A DNA stretch of 64,000 nucleotides from Trypanosoma brucei (lineage: Eukaryota). Both the position numbers and the translations under genes were made by a program. Below, piece after piece: positions 41,972 through 52,295 of this stretch (position 1 is the stretch's first letter; each line of letters opens with the position of its first letter). The stretch is taken from positions 416,001 to 480,000 of the forward strand of contig CM000207.1 in the NCBI GenBank assembly GCA_000002445.1. The letters are read 5' to 3'. The notes beneath the pieces were generated by a model, which searched no databases, had not been told where the DNA came from, and worked only from the letters and a program-made list of their open reading frames with translations.

Positions 41972-42518
41972 CCGACGGAGTGAACAAACGAAATAAAAAC
42001 CCACTCAGCCGTGTCTTTGTCACGCCATGCCAGCTGCTTTCATGTAATGGGTGCTGCTTCCTTTACGTGCTCGACTACTCAAGGCAAAATAAGAAGATAA
42101 CAAACACAACCCAAATCCCCAGCGGCTCCAAACTTACCTTCCGCATTACAAATTGAATGAATTCACCCCAATAATGTTTCGGAGTCGATACCTCCCTGTA
42201 CTCAAGTAAACGTATGTATTAGTGTACATGCACTCTGGTGAATTGTAAACATCAGTTACATCTTCTTCCTCCTGTCAACCCTAAAGGCGGCTCTACACAT
42301 GCCATTAGGGAGGGAGGGTGAGGGGGTAAAAACGCGAACATTTATATGGTTTCCATTTTAACAGGTTTGCATATCGCTCGAGTGTTTCTAGTCTGCGACT
42401 TATCACCGTCACCAACTAAATCACACATAATCGGTGGTGTTCCTTTACCCTGTCTTCACTTCCTTCGCAACAGTTTAAGCATTTGGAATTGAAGTAAATA
42501 CACCTCCAGGTGTGTAAA

Positions 42519-42537
42519 AAATAATAATAATAATAAT
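42519..42537. repeat. (ATA)n microsatellite just downstream of the giant repeat-protein gene.
   Basis: The tract ataataataataataataa is read directly. Confidence 0.9.
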
Positions 42538-42697
42538 TAAGAACTAGCGTGTCCCTCTTGTATGTATGTACAAATATGGAAGAGGATTCACACTTTTAAC
42601 GAGGACATGCGTCTGCAGCACACGAGTGTCACGTTTCTAAAGGGTTGGACATACTAAGACCAGTGCAAAGTATGCAGAATCTTTCACCACAAGCCCC

Positions 42698-45600
42698 TCA
42701 TCGTTCATTGTAAAGGTGAATGGCATTTTCCTGCGGTGTGTACCTGCTGGGGACCCAAGAACGAACTTGAACCCTCGAGGCCACGGGTTGGACCCGAGTC
42801 ATCGAGAACCGCGAGGGTGTAGGACCGACAGGTGTGCAGTGGTAATGCGCATTGGCGACTCGTGAAGCGATCCTCCCCAACCTCCTCGCAGTTTGGGACG
42901 TCGAATCCACTGTTGTACTCAAAGCGTTAGAACCGGTTGGAGAATATGGTGGTCCCCAACTGCTGGAGTGGTGCGACGGAGAACCAGGGGAAAGGCGATT
43001 CCAGCCATCCCTTTCCGTTAGCGTTGACGTACTGTCTTGGTAACTCTGTTGAGTGAATACAGGAGAAGGCATCCTTCCGCTTGGCGCCGCTCTCATGGCT
43101 GATTGAAGTGTTGGTGCCCATGAATTTGGCACCTGTTGTTGGGGGGATAGGGAGCGCGAAGCTCCCTGCACTATTTCACGTTGGTGTTCTGAGAAGGATA
43201 GGCTAAGGCGTTTTCTTTGCGGAGGTGGGTGGGGTTGCAGATATTCACCGCGACCCAGCTGGCCAGGCCCCGGTTGGGTACTCATAAAAGCTGAGCCTTC
43301 TGAGTGCGGTTCGTACAAACCACTGGTTTCACTACGCACCTCAGCGACGGGCGGTAAAGTAACGCGCTGACGACCCAACTCACCACCCAGTCCGCTGTTG
43401 GCTTTATTTTGATGTTGCTTTGATCGATTATAAGCATTGGAGATGGTGCTTCTCTTGGCTGGTAACCGCGGTGGCCGTAAGTTGACACCATCACCAAACC
43501 CTAGGTCTGGATACAGCCCAAGATACACAAGCCGCTCACCCTGGAAATCGGGACCAAAAGGCTCAGAGTTGCCGGTGTCTTGTGCAAGATTCAGTTTTCG
43601 AGAGCTCCCTGATGATGACGGACGTGCGGCAGAAGCTATCGCATCCCTTGCAGCAACAGCTCTCAAACAAGATATACTACTTGCGGGTCTCTCACCAGTG
43701 ACAGAGGGGGTGAAACGACTCGAAGTGCGGAGGGCGGGGGAACCCAAAGATTCACTTCGGCCAGCACCTGGACGAAGGGAGCAGGGCGACCCACCATCGA
43801 CCACCCACGGACGCCGATTTTCAGCTTCTGCAGACTGCAAAGACACGTTACGACCAGTATTCTCCTCTTTCGTATCGTGAAGAACTCCATCGCAGCTGAA
43901 AACAACAGAGGGAGATGCAGCTGATTGATTCTTTTCGCGGTAATCAAATGGGGAACTGCCGACATCCCGCGCATTCAGGACGCAGTGTTGGAGATCACGG
44001 CGCCGCGGTGCAGAAAAACGTGACGGTGTCCCCGACAATTTCGAGTGACTACGCATAGATGATGACACATCGGGCAGAGCGCTAACACCTCCAGCTTCTT
44101 TATCGCTGACGTTAGCAATGTCACCGCTCATACTGATAGTTGAACCTACCCGTTCCGTGGACACTCCTTCCGCTTTTGGTGAGTCATCGGCATTGTTATT
44201 GGCTTCAGCAGTTTGACACCGCCTTCGATTATTTGGCAGTCGCGCAGTTTTTTCCTTTGATGATACACCGGCAGAGGCACACCCACTACCCAAAGCATTG
44301 TTCAGTGTGGTAATCACGGCATCACGTGCAGCGTCAACAGCCGAGTTTTTCACAGCACTCCTCAAAGTTGATCTAACAGCAGAGACTCCACCCCCCGTAG
44401 GGGCACCATCATAAATCATATTTGACATTTCTTCCGACGACCAGCGTATAAACTCCTCACCATCAACAACTAGCTGAGCGCAGACATCAACAGAAACGAC
44501 GATTGCTTCACCAAATACAACAGGTTCCACAACAGCAGATGAAAAACTTGTTAACTTACCGCCCCTCCGAGTGTCAACAGATCCCACTTCACCCCCCTTC
44601 ACCGACAACACATCAACATCCTTTGACAACGAGGAAATCTCTCGCATTTCATTGCAGGCATCAGCCTCAAAACGAAATACTTTCCCCTCAACACCAGAAT
44701 TATCTAATGTAAGGCGATTAGCAGAAGAGACGTCACTACCAACAGATGGTACACCATCAATTTCAAAATCCTCAACATCTTCAGGAGCAGCTGTTCCTGT
44801 AACATCAGTTTTACTTCCCTCGCCATCACAAACAAATCCATCACTTCCACCATCCTCTTTGCTCAGTTCCTTTGCATCAACATCAGCTGTGGGAATAGCT
44901 GCATCCTCTTTGCTCAGTTCCTTTGCATCATCATCAGCTGTAGGAATAGCTGCATCCTCTTTGCTCAGTTCCTTTGCATCATCATCGGCTGTGGGAATAG
45001 CTGCATCCTCTTTGCTCAGTTCCTTTGCATCATCATCAGCAGTGGGAATAGCTGCATCCTCTTTGCTCAGTTCCTTTGCATCATCATCAGCTGTAGGAAT
45101 AGCTGCATCCTCTTTGCTCAGTTCCTTTGCATCAACATCAGCTGTGGGAATAGCTGCATCCTCTTTGCTCAGTTCCTTTGCATCAACATCAGCTGTGGGA
45201 ATAGCTGCATCCTCTTTGCTCAGTTCCTTTGCATCATCATCAGCTGTAGGAATGGCTGCATCCTCTTTGCTCAGTTCCTTTGCATCATCATCAGCTGTGG
45301 GAATGGCTGCATCCTCTTTGCTCAGTTCCTTTGCATCATCATCAGCTGTAGGAATAGCTGCATCCTCTTTGCTCAGTTCCTTTGCATCATCATCGGCTGT
45401 GGGAATAGCTGCATCCTCTTTGCTCAGTTCCTTTGCATCATCATCAGCTGTGGGAATAGCTGCATCCTCTTTGCTCAGTTCCTTTGCATCATCATCGGCT
45501 GTGGGAATAGCTGCATCCTCTTTGCTCAGTTCCTTTGCATCAACATCAGCTGTGGGAATGGCTGCATCCTCTTTGCTCAGTTCCTTTGCATCATCATCAG

Positions 45601-48600
45601 CTGTGGGAATAGCTGCATCCTCTTTGCTCAGTTCCTTTGCATCATCATCAGCTGTAGGAATAGCTACATCCTCTTTGCTCAGTTCCTTTGCATCATCATC
45701 GGCTGTGGGAATAGCTGCATCCTCTTTGCTCAGTTCCTTTGCATCATCATCAGCTGTGGGAATGGCTGCATCCTCTTTGCTCAGTTCCTTTGCATCATCA
45801 TCGGCTGTGGGAATAGCTGCATCCTCTTTGCTCAGTTCCTTTGCATCATCATCAGCTGTGGGAATAGCTGCATCCTCTTTGCTCAGTTCCTTTGCATCAT
45901 CATCAGCTGTGGGAATGGCTGCATCCTCTTTGCTCAGTTCCTTTGCATCATCATCAGCTGTAGGAATAGCTGCATCCTCTTTGCTCAGTTCCTTTGCATC
46001 ATCATCGGCTGTGGGAATAGCTGCATCCTCTTTGCTCAGTTCCTTTGCATCAACATCAGCTGTGGGAATGGCTGCATCCTCTTTGCTCAGTTCCTTTGCA
46101 TCATCATCGGCTGTGGGAATAGCTGCATCCTCTTTGCTCAGTTCCTTTGCATCAACATCAGCTGTGGGAATGGCTGCATCCTCTTTGCTCAGTTCCTTTG
46201 CATCATCATCAGCTGTGGGAATAGCTGCATCCTCTTTGCTCAGTTCCTTTGCATCATCATCAGCTGTAGGAATAGCTACATCCTCTTTGCTCAGTTCCTT
46301 TGCATCATCATCGGCTGTGGGAATAGCTGCATCCTCTTTGCTCAGTTCCTTTGCATCAACATCAGCTGTGGGAATAGCTGCATCCTCTTTGCTCAGTTCC
46401 TTTGCATCATCATCAGCTGTGGGAATAGCTGCATCCTGTTTGCTCAGTTCCTTTGCATCATCATCGGCTGTGGGAATAGCTGCATCCTGTTTGCTCAGTT
46501 CCTTTGCATTATCATCAGCTGTGGGAATAGCTGCATCCTCTTTGCTCAGTTCCTTTGCATCAACATCAGCTGTGGGAATAGCTGCATCCTCTTTGCTCAG
46601 TTCCTTTGCATCAACATCAGCTGTGGGAATAGCTGCATCCTCTTTGCTCAGTTCCTTTGCATCAACATCAGCTGTGGGAATGGCTGCATCCTCTTTGCTC
46701 AGTTCCTTTGCATCAACATCAGCTGTGGGAATAGCTGCATCCTCTTTGCTCAGTTTCTTTGCATCAACATCAGCTGTGGGAATAGCTGCATCCTCTTTGC
46801 TCAGTTTCTTTGCATCAACATCAGCTGTGGGAATAGCTGCATCCTCTTTGCTCAGTTCCTTTGCATCATCATCAGCTGTGGGAATAGCTGCATCCTCTTT
46901 GCTCAGTTCCTTTGCATCATCATCAGCTGTGGGAATAGCTGCATCCTCTTTGCCCAGTTCCTTTGCATCATCATCAGCTGTGGGAATAGCTGCATCCTGT
47001 TTGCTCAGTTCCTTTGCATTATCATCAGCTGTGGGAATAGCTGCATCCTCTTTGCTCAGTTCCTTTGCATCATCATCAGCTGTGGGAATAGCTGCATCCT
47101 CTTTGCTCAGTTCCTTTGCATCAACATCAGCTGTGGGAATAGCTGCATCCTCTTTGCTCAGTTTCTTTGCATCAACATCAGCTGTGGGAATAGCTGCATC
47201 CTCTTTGCTCAGTTCCTTTGCATCAACATCAGCTGTGGGAATAGCTGCATCCTCTTTGCTCAGTTCCTTTGCATCAACATCAGCTGTGGGAATAGCTGCA
47301 TCCTCTTTGCTCAGTTCCTTTGCATCAACATCAGCTGTGGGAATAGCTGCATCCTCTTTGCTCAGTTCCTTTGCATCAACATCAGCTGTGGGAATAGCTG
47401 CATCCTCTTTGCTCAGTTTCTTTGCATCAACATCAGCTGTGGGAATGGCTGCATCCTCTTTGCTCAGTTCCTTTGCATCAACATCAGCTGTGGGAATGGC
47501 TGCATCCTCTTTGCTCAGTTCCTTTGCATCAACATCAGCTGTGGGAATAGCTGCATCCTCTTTGCTCAGTTTCTTTGCATCAACATCAGCTGTAGGAATA
47601 GCTGCATCCTCTTTGCTCAGTTCCTTTGCATCATCATCAGCTGTGGGAATAGCTGCATCCTCTTTGCTCAGTTCCTTTGCATCATCATCAGCTGTGGGAA
47701 TAGCTGCATCCTGTTTGCTCAGTTCCTTTGCATCATCATCAGCTGTGGGAATGGCTGCATCCTGTTTGCTCAGTTCCTTTGCATCAACATCAGCTGTGGG
47801 AATAGCTACATCCTCTTTGCTCAGTTCCTTTGCATCATCATCAGCTGTGGGAATAGCTACATCCTCTTTGCTCAGTTCCTTTGCATCATCATCAGCTGTG
47901 GGAATAGCTACATCCTCTTTGCTCAGTTCCTTTGCATCATCATCAGCTGTGGGAATAGCTGCATCCTCTTTGCTCAGTTCCTTTGCATCAACATCAGCTG
48001 TGGGAATAGCTACATCCTCTTTGCTCAGTTCCTTTGCATCATCATCAGCTGTGGGAATAGCTGCATCCTCTTTGCTCAGTTCCTTTGCATCAACATCAGC
48101 TGTGGGAATAGCTGCATCCTCTTTGCTCAGTTCCTTTGCATCAACATCAGCTGTGGGAATAGCTGCATCCTCTTTGCTCAGTTCCTTTGCATCATCATCG
48201 GCTGTGGGAATAGCTACATCCTCTTTGCTCAGTTCCTTTGCATCATCATCAGCTGTGGGAATGGCTGCATCCTGTTTGCTCAGTTCCTTTGCATCAACAT
48301 CAGCTGTGGGAATAGCTACATCCTCTTTGCTCAGTTCCTTTGCATCATCATCAGCTGTGGGAATAGCTACATCCTCTTTGCTCAGTTCCTTTGCATCATC
48401 ATCGGCTGTGGGAATAGCTGCATCCTGTTTGCTCAGTTCCTTTGCATCATCATCGGCTGTGGGAATAGCTGCATCCTGTTTGCTCAGTTCCTTTGCATCG
48501 TGAGCTGCATCATTATTTGTTTTATCGTTATCACTTCCTTTATTTTTCTGTTGGAGTTCAGTGATTGTGATGTTGTCAATGACCTTTTGCGCGTTGTCAG

Positions 48601-51229
48601 ATACGGCTTTATCCATTGATTGTTGTATTAGATTGGTTAAAATTGTTTCTTTACCTTCTTGTTCGCCATTTGTGTCCAAATGTTGCTGTTTGTTTATTGT
48701 TTTGCCGTGTTGTGGTGAGTCAAATTGATTGTGTACCGTGTGCTCATTTTCGTGTGTGGTAAGCGGTTTTTCTTGCTGGTTATTGTTTGTTTCTTTAGTT
48801 GTGAAGTCGTCGCAAGTTTCTGTACCCTCTTGTTTAATTTTGTCACTGGCTCGCCGGCTTGGAACTATTTCTTGAGTGGCAACGGTATCGTTAAGGGACG
48901 GAGTGCCACCCTCGCTACCTGTTGACCCCTTCAAAACCGTGTTTTCCCCTGCGTTGTTCAAGAGTGTTTGTTCCGCTGACAGGGCATCCCCTGGTTGTTG
49001 ATGCATGGGCTCTGTTGCTTGTATTGACAGCCGATTAGAAGAATTGATTTTGTGTTCTAAATTTGTCGGTGTTGTCCCCCCAGTTTGTTTTCCTGTATCT
49101 TGTTCTTTTGATGTCCTTTCCTCTCCCTCCACTATCGTGGTAGGCTGCATACCGTTCGCCAGTTCTTGTTCTGCATGTCGTTGATTCGGTGATTCGCGTG
49201 TCTGCCGCTCTTTCTCATCTATATTTTGGCATTTTCCCACAGGAGTGAGTTGATCCCTTGTGACAGTGGTGTGCTCTTGGCAATTTCCATTGTTAATTAA
49301 CAGTTGAGAAGTATTCACCCCTTGACAACCGTTGAATTGTTGCTCAGTTGCTTGACAAGGTGGCTGTTGGTACTGCTGGAGAGCCAGCCGAAGAGACATG
49401 ACCTCTTTCTGTATAGCAGTGGTTGCACTCATTATGTATTGTTCAGAGCTCTCCGTCGCGGTGGTTCCTGCAAATTGTTCTTCGGAGCAAACATTTGTTT
49501 CGTGTTCAACTGCACTAGGTACCGATTTTTCATTTCCTGGGACCAGTGCGTCTTCGTTGAACCCCAAAACTCTGTTAACTTGCGGGGCAAACACCTGCTC
49601 CACTTTATGTGTGTGTAGTGTCTGTTGTTGTTGGTTGCCCTTATTAGTCTCGACTTCGGTGGCCGTTCTCACATCACCGAGATGCCCATGCAGATATTCT
49701 GTGGTAACACTACTGCTGTGTTCTTCCCAAAAAGGCTGAGAAGTAGGCGGCTCCTTCGTTTTCACACTTTGTACTTGGCTCCTTTGGTTCTGTGAGGATT
49801 TCCTCCTTTTCCCCTCCAGAAGTTCATACAACTTGTGAACGTTGTTCAGTTCACATGTAGTAATGATGTCGCGAATTGCAGCATCACTGAGTTTGCCGTC
49901 GTGTTGTATGGATACCTCCACCATATTTGAATTTCTACAATTAAGTGCTACCGAAACATTTCCATGCGGTACCCCAAGAGAGTGTGCGATATCTTTTTCA
50001 TATGCCTGACATAGGTGAAACGGTACCACGCGCAACGACGTGTTTTGCTTGCTCTTGGGAAGGTCAAGGAGGAACATTGACTCTCTGGGGACCAACTTGG
50101 GCACCATCGCCCTTCGTGACATCTTTTGTCCCCTGCCTTCTCCCTTTTTAGGAGACATCTCACTGAGGGGCGAGGGAGTGCTCCGTTGCGACAACAGACA
50201 TGGCTTTCTAGGGCTTGAGCACGCTAATGTTGCTGTCAATGAGAACGTGTCACCCAACGCGTCATACTTGAGGCGTCGCAACTTGTACCGTATATGCTGC
50301 TCCGCCGTATACAGTGCCTCCCTATTTAATGTTTCCTCGAACGCTACATATTGTATGTCGTCAAGCATATCTTGACTCATTTCCTCCCATGCTTCTGCCG
50401 CGTCACCTGCACTGCTGGAGCGCTGTGAAGAGCAAGTAGCAGCGAACCCCGGGCACCCCCCTTTTGCTTCCATTTGGCTACTGCTCACTGCACCTGGGCT
50501 GGGGGTTCCCGTCCACCGGGATGTGTCGAATGTCTTCCCGGTGCTGTTCAATTTGTTTAAAACTTTACTGACTATTGCCCCTGTCTCCCCCTCGTCGCCA
50601 GCTGCACCACCCATATACACTTCGTTTCGCTGCGGCGAGCCTTCTTTCCTATCGCTGCCGCTCCGTTGATTTCCCTGTGTATTTCGGTCCTGTGCCACCA
50701 CAGCAATTTTGTACAAGTTCCCAACATGTCGTACGTTATCAGGCGTCAGAAGAGTGTAGGCGCCCTTGTTTTTATCAAAATATGTGATAAACACCACGCT
50801 TAGTTGTAAGAGCTCTGCGTTCTTCTGTATAGTTTCCAATACTGTCTCTATTGTCAGGGGGCCGTCGACATGCGGTGCCCCAACTAGCATAGAACCAACC
50901 AGCTCACCCGAGTCGGATATAAACTCGAGAGACCAGTTTTCTCCATTTATTGTGCCCTCCAGACGGCTTCCACTCGCACCCTGAGATCGGGGGTAACCCC
51001 CTTTGCCCCACGTGCCATCGTAGGTTGATTGCAGCGATATGTCACCCGACTGTTTTTCGAAACGAGACAATGGCCTACTGTAAGGTTCCAATAAATCCGC
51101 ACTGTACGTTGAAGGCGTGTCCCTGCCACTGTGTAGGTTTCTGCCGGCTTGGTTGGGGCGTTCGCTGCCGGTAGCTACACGACCATCTAAATGTCCGTCT
51201 CCCGGATGTGCCCTAGAGGTAAAATACAT
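42698..51229 (-). CDS. Giant repetitive protein of 2843 aa. It has a unique N-terminal region of about 900 aa, a central array of about 72 tandem 17-aa repeats (consensus AKELSKEDAAIPTADDD), and a C-terminal region of about 700 aa that is S/P/G-rich and disordered.
   Basis: The uninterrupted 8.5-kb ORF is the largest in the window. The repeat array is near-perfect, with a few recurring substitutions (DDD/DVD, KED/KQD, DAA/DVA, KEL/KKL) plus synonymous third-position variants. No known repetitive-antigen repeat that I can recall matches it. Confidence 0.75.
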   Translation of the reverse strand: MYFTSRAHPGDGHLDGRVATGSERPNQAGRNLHSGRDTPSTYSADLLEPYSRPLSRFEKQSGDISLQSTYDGTWGKGGYPRSQGASGSRLEGTINGENWSLEFISDSGELVGSMLVGAPHVDGPLTIETVLETIQKNAELLQLSVVFITYFDKNKGAYTLLTPDNVRHVGNLYKIAVVAQDRNTQGNQRSGSDRKEGSPQRNEVYMGGAAGDEGETGAIVSKVLNKLNSTGKTFDTSRWTGTPSPGAVSSSQMEAKGGCPGFAATCSSQRSSSAGDAAEAWEEMSQDMLDDIQYVAFEETLNREALYTAEQHIRYKLRRLKYDALGDTFSLTATLACSSPRKPCLLSQRSTPSPLSEMSPKKGEGRGQKMSRRAMVPKLVPRESMFLLDLPKSKQNTSLRVVPFHLCQAYEKDIAHSLGVPHGNVSVALNCRNSNMVEVSIQHDGKLSDAAIRDIITTCELNNVHKLYELLEGKRRKSSQNQRSQVQSVKTKEPPTSQPFWEEHSSSVTTEYLHGHLGDVRTATEVETNKGNQQQQTLHTHKVEQVFAPQVNRVLGFNEDALVPGNEKSVPSAVEHETNVCSEEQFAGTTATESSEQYIMSATTAIQKEVMSLRLALQQYQQPPCQATEQQFNGCQGVNTSQLLINNGNCQEHTTVTRDQLTPVGKCQNIDEKERQTRESPNQRHAEQELANGMQPTTIVEGEERTSKEQDTGKQTGGTTPTNLEHKINSSNRLSIQATEPMHQQPGDALSAEQTLLNNAGENTVLKGSTGSEGGTPSLNDTVATQEIVPSRRASDKIKQEGTETCDDFTTKETNNNQQEKPLTTHENEHTVHNQFDSPQHGKTINKQQHLDTNGEQEGKETILTNLIQQSMDKAVSDNAQKVIDNITITELQQKNKGSDNDKTNNDAAHDAKELSKQDAAIPTADDDAKELSKQDAAIPTADDDAKELSKEDVAIPTADDDAKELSKEDVAIPTADVDAKELSKQDAAIPTADDDAKELSKEDVAIPTADDDAKELSKEDAAIPTADVDAKELSKEDAAIPTADVDAKELSKEDAAIPTADDDAKELSKEDVAIPTADVDAKELSKEDAAIPTADDDAKELSKEDVAIPTADDDAKELSKEDVAIPTADDDAKELSKEDVAIPTADVDAKELSKQDAAIPTADDDAKELSKQDAAIPTADDDAKELSKEDAAIPTADDDAKELSKEDAAIPTADVDAKKLSKEDAAIPTADVDAKELSKEDAAIPTADVDAKELSKEDAAIPTADVDAKKLSKEDAAIPTADVDAKELSKEDAAIPTADVDAKELSKEDAAIPTADVDAKELSKEDAAIPTADVDAKELSKEDAAIPTADVDAKKLSKEDAAIPTADVDAKELSKEDAAIPTADDDAKELSKEDAAIPTADDNAKELSKQDAAIPTADDDAKELGKEDAAIPTADDDAKELSKEDAAIPTADDDAKELSKEDAAIPTADVDAKKLSKEDAAIPTADVDAKKLSKEDAAIPTADVDAKELSKEDAAIPTADVDAKELSKEDAAIPTADVDAKELSKEDAAIPTADVDAKELSKEDAAIPTADDNAKELSKQDAAIPTADDDAKELSKQDAAIPTADDDAKELSKEDAAIPTADVDAKELSKEDAAIPTADDDAKELSKEDVAIPTADDDAKELSKEDAAIPTADDDAKELSKEDAAIPTADVDAKELSKEDAAIPTADDDAKELSKEDAAIPTADVDAKELSKEDAAIPTADDDAKELSKEDAAIPTADDDAKELSKEDAAIPTADDDAKELSKEDAAIPTADDDAKELSKEDAAIPTADDDAKELSKEDAAIPTADDDAKELSKEDAAIPTADDDAKELSKEDVAIPTADDDAKELSKEDAAIPTADDDAKELSKEDAAIPTADVDAKELSKEDAAIPTADDDAKELSKEDAAIPTADDDAKELSKEDAAIPTADDDAKELSKEDAAIPTADDDAKELSKEDAAIPTADDDAKELSKEDAAIPTADDDAKELSKEDAAIPTADVDAKELSKEDAAIPTADVDAKELSKEDAAIPTADDDAKELSKEDAAIPTADDDAKELSKEDAAIPTADDDAKELSKEDAAIPTADDDAKELSKEDAAIPTADVDAKELSKEDGGSDGFVCDGEGSKTDVTGTAAPEDVEDFEIDGVPSVGSDVSSANRLTLDNSGVEGKVFRFEADACNEMREISSLSKDVDVLSVKGGEVGSVDTRRGGKLTSFSSAVVEPVVFGEAIVVSVDVCAQLVVDGEEFIRWSSEEMSNMIYDGAPTGGGVSAVRSTLRSAVKNSAVDAARDAVITTLNNALGSGCASAGVSSKEKTARLPNNRRRCQTAEANNNADDSPKAEGVSTERVGSTISMSGDIANVSDKEAGGVSALPDVSSSMRSHSKLSGTPSRFSAPRRRDLQHCVLNARDVGSSPFDYREKNQSAASPSVVFSCDGVLHDTKEENTGRNVSLQSAEAENRRPWVVDGGSPCSLRPGAGRSESLGSPALRTSSRFTPSVTGERPASSISCLRAVAARDAIASAARPSSSGSSRKLNLAQDTGNSEPFGPDFQGERLVYLGLYPDLGFGDGVNLRPPRLPAKRSTISNAYNRSKQHQNKANSGLGGELGRQRVTLPPVAEVRSETSGLYEPHSEGSAFMSTQPGPGQLGRGEYLQPHPPPQRKRLSLSFSEHQREIVQGASRSLSPQQQVPNSWAPTLQSAMRAAPSGRMPSPVFTQQSYQDSTSTLTERDGWNRLSPGSPSHHSSSWGPPYSPTGSNALSTTVDSTSQTARRLGRIASRVANAHYHCTPVGPTPSRFSMTRVQPVASRVQVRSWVPSRYTPQENAIHLYNER
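44850..48498. repeat. A 51-bp tandem repeat array of about 71.5 copies lying inside the giant CDS.
   Basis: The period is measured directly: gctgtgggaatagct recurs at 44885, 44936 and so on. The unit is tgcatcctctttgctcagttcctttgcatcatcatcagctgtgggaatagc, with variants atcaacatc, tcctgttt, agctacatc and cagtttctt. Confidence 0.9.
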
Positions 51230-52295
51230 GTATCCCCGCTAAGGGGGCGATAGAACCACTGCTTGTTGCCTATAAATGGGCAATCCTTACCTCCTCTTTT
51301 TCTTACCCTCCCCTCTCTCCTACTACCACGCAGTCAATGCTTTCTAATGTGAAGCCGCTCACCGCGTTAAATGAACGGGTTTGCCGAGCGAAAGGAACAA
51401 ATAATACTGTGCGAGTGCGCTTTTTTCCGTGGCCGTATGTTCATGCAACGCCAAGAAGCGTGTAGGGAGCACGAAGTCCCTCTCCGTCACTTCAGTCGGG
51501 AGGGTTGCTCGTATTGTTACAAGACAAAGGTGCTGGAAAAGAAGGTGTTGCGGAGGTTTTTTCTTCCTATTATTTCGACTTCTGACCCTGAGTGTGGAGA
51601 GAAGCACATAGTTCACACAGAAATTAGTGAGGAAAAACGGGTGGTGTGAGCGAAAAGGAGAGTGTCGGTGTGGTAAAATATACACATCCATCCAGTTTTC
51701 CCAAACATAATTAGAACCAAACTTATTTTGTTGTCTGTGAAAAAAAAAATACGTTGTACTGTTGGATATTCTACACACTTTTAAATTTCGGGGTCCGTGC
51801 AGGCATGTTATTGACGACTGTAGTGTTCGTACCCGTTGCGTGGTCCGGTAAGGTGCTCGGCAGTCCCAGTTCCACCCCTTGTGAGAGGCGTGGGTAAGAT
51901 GTGTAAAATTTCATAAATCACCAACTCGTTGGCTTAGTGATGGACGCAACGGAATGTCCCTCTCTCTTTGCATTTGCCCCCACATTGGGTTCAAATGGAT
52001 GCATGCCGTTGACGGTGGGGAAGATCGAAATAAACGGTGGTAATATAGGAGGAGATTAATGGGTTACCAGCGATTTTAATCTCGTTCCGTAAATATAAGG
52101 CTTTCCCCACTCCGCGCCAGCAAGTCACAGAAGAAGAAACTTCGAGCAGGTGGTTACTAAGCTGAAACCGCGCCAGATATACGGTTCTTCGTGGAACAGA
52201 GTACTGATTACAGAAGTATGAAGAAACATTTATCGCTTTGTTCGTAGGGGTGAAACTTGGCATGTAGCACAGCCAACTAACATCGTCGCCGTGGT

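Noticed and set aside
44850-48498. Possible CRISPR-like regular repeat array
   Set aside because: The 51-bp units are contiguous with no spacers. They lie in-frame inside a eukaryotic CDS and are near-identical rather than repeat-spacer alternations. The genome context is eukaryotic, being trans-spliced and polycistronic.
44571-48503. 1310-aa plus-strand ORF (SSLLSSFASSSAVGIAA repeats)
   Set aside because: It is antisense to the 51-bp repeat array of the giant minus-strand gene. The period is divisible by 3 and the unit has no antisense stops, so it stays open by construction. It has no start context and every real gene is on the minus strand.
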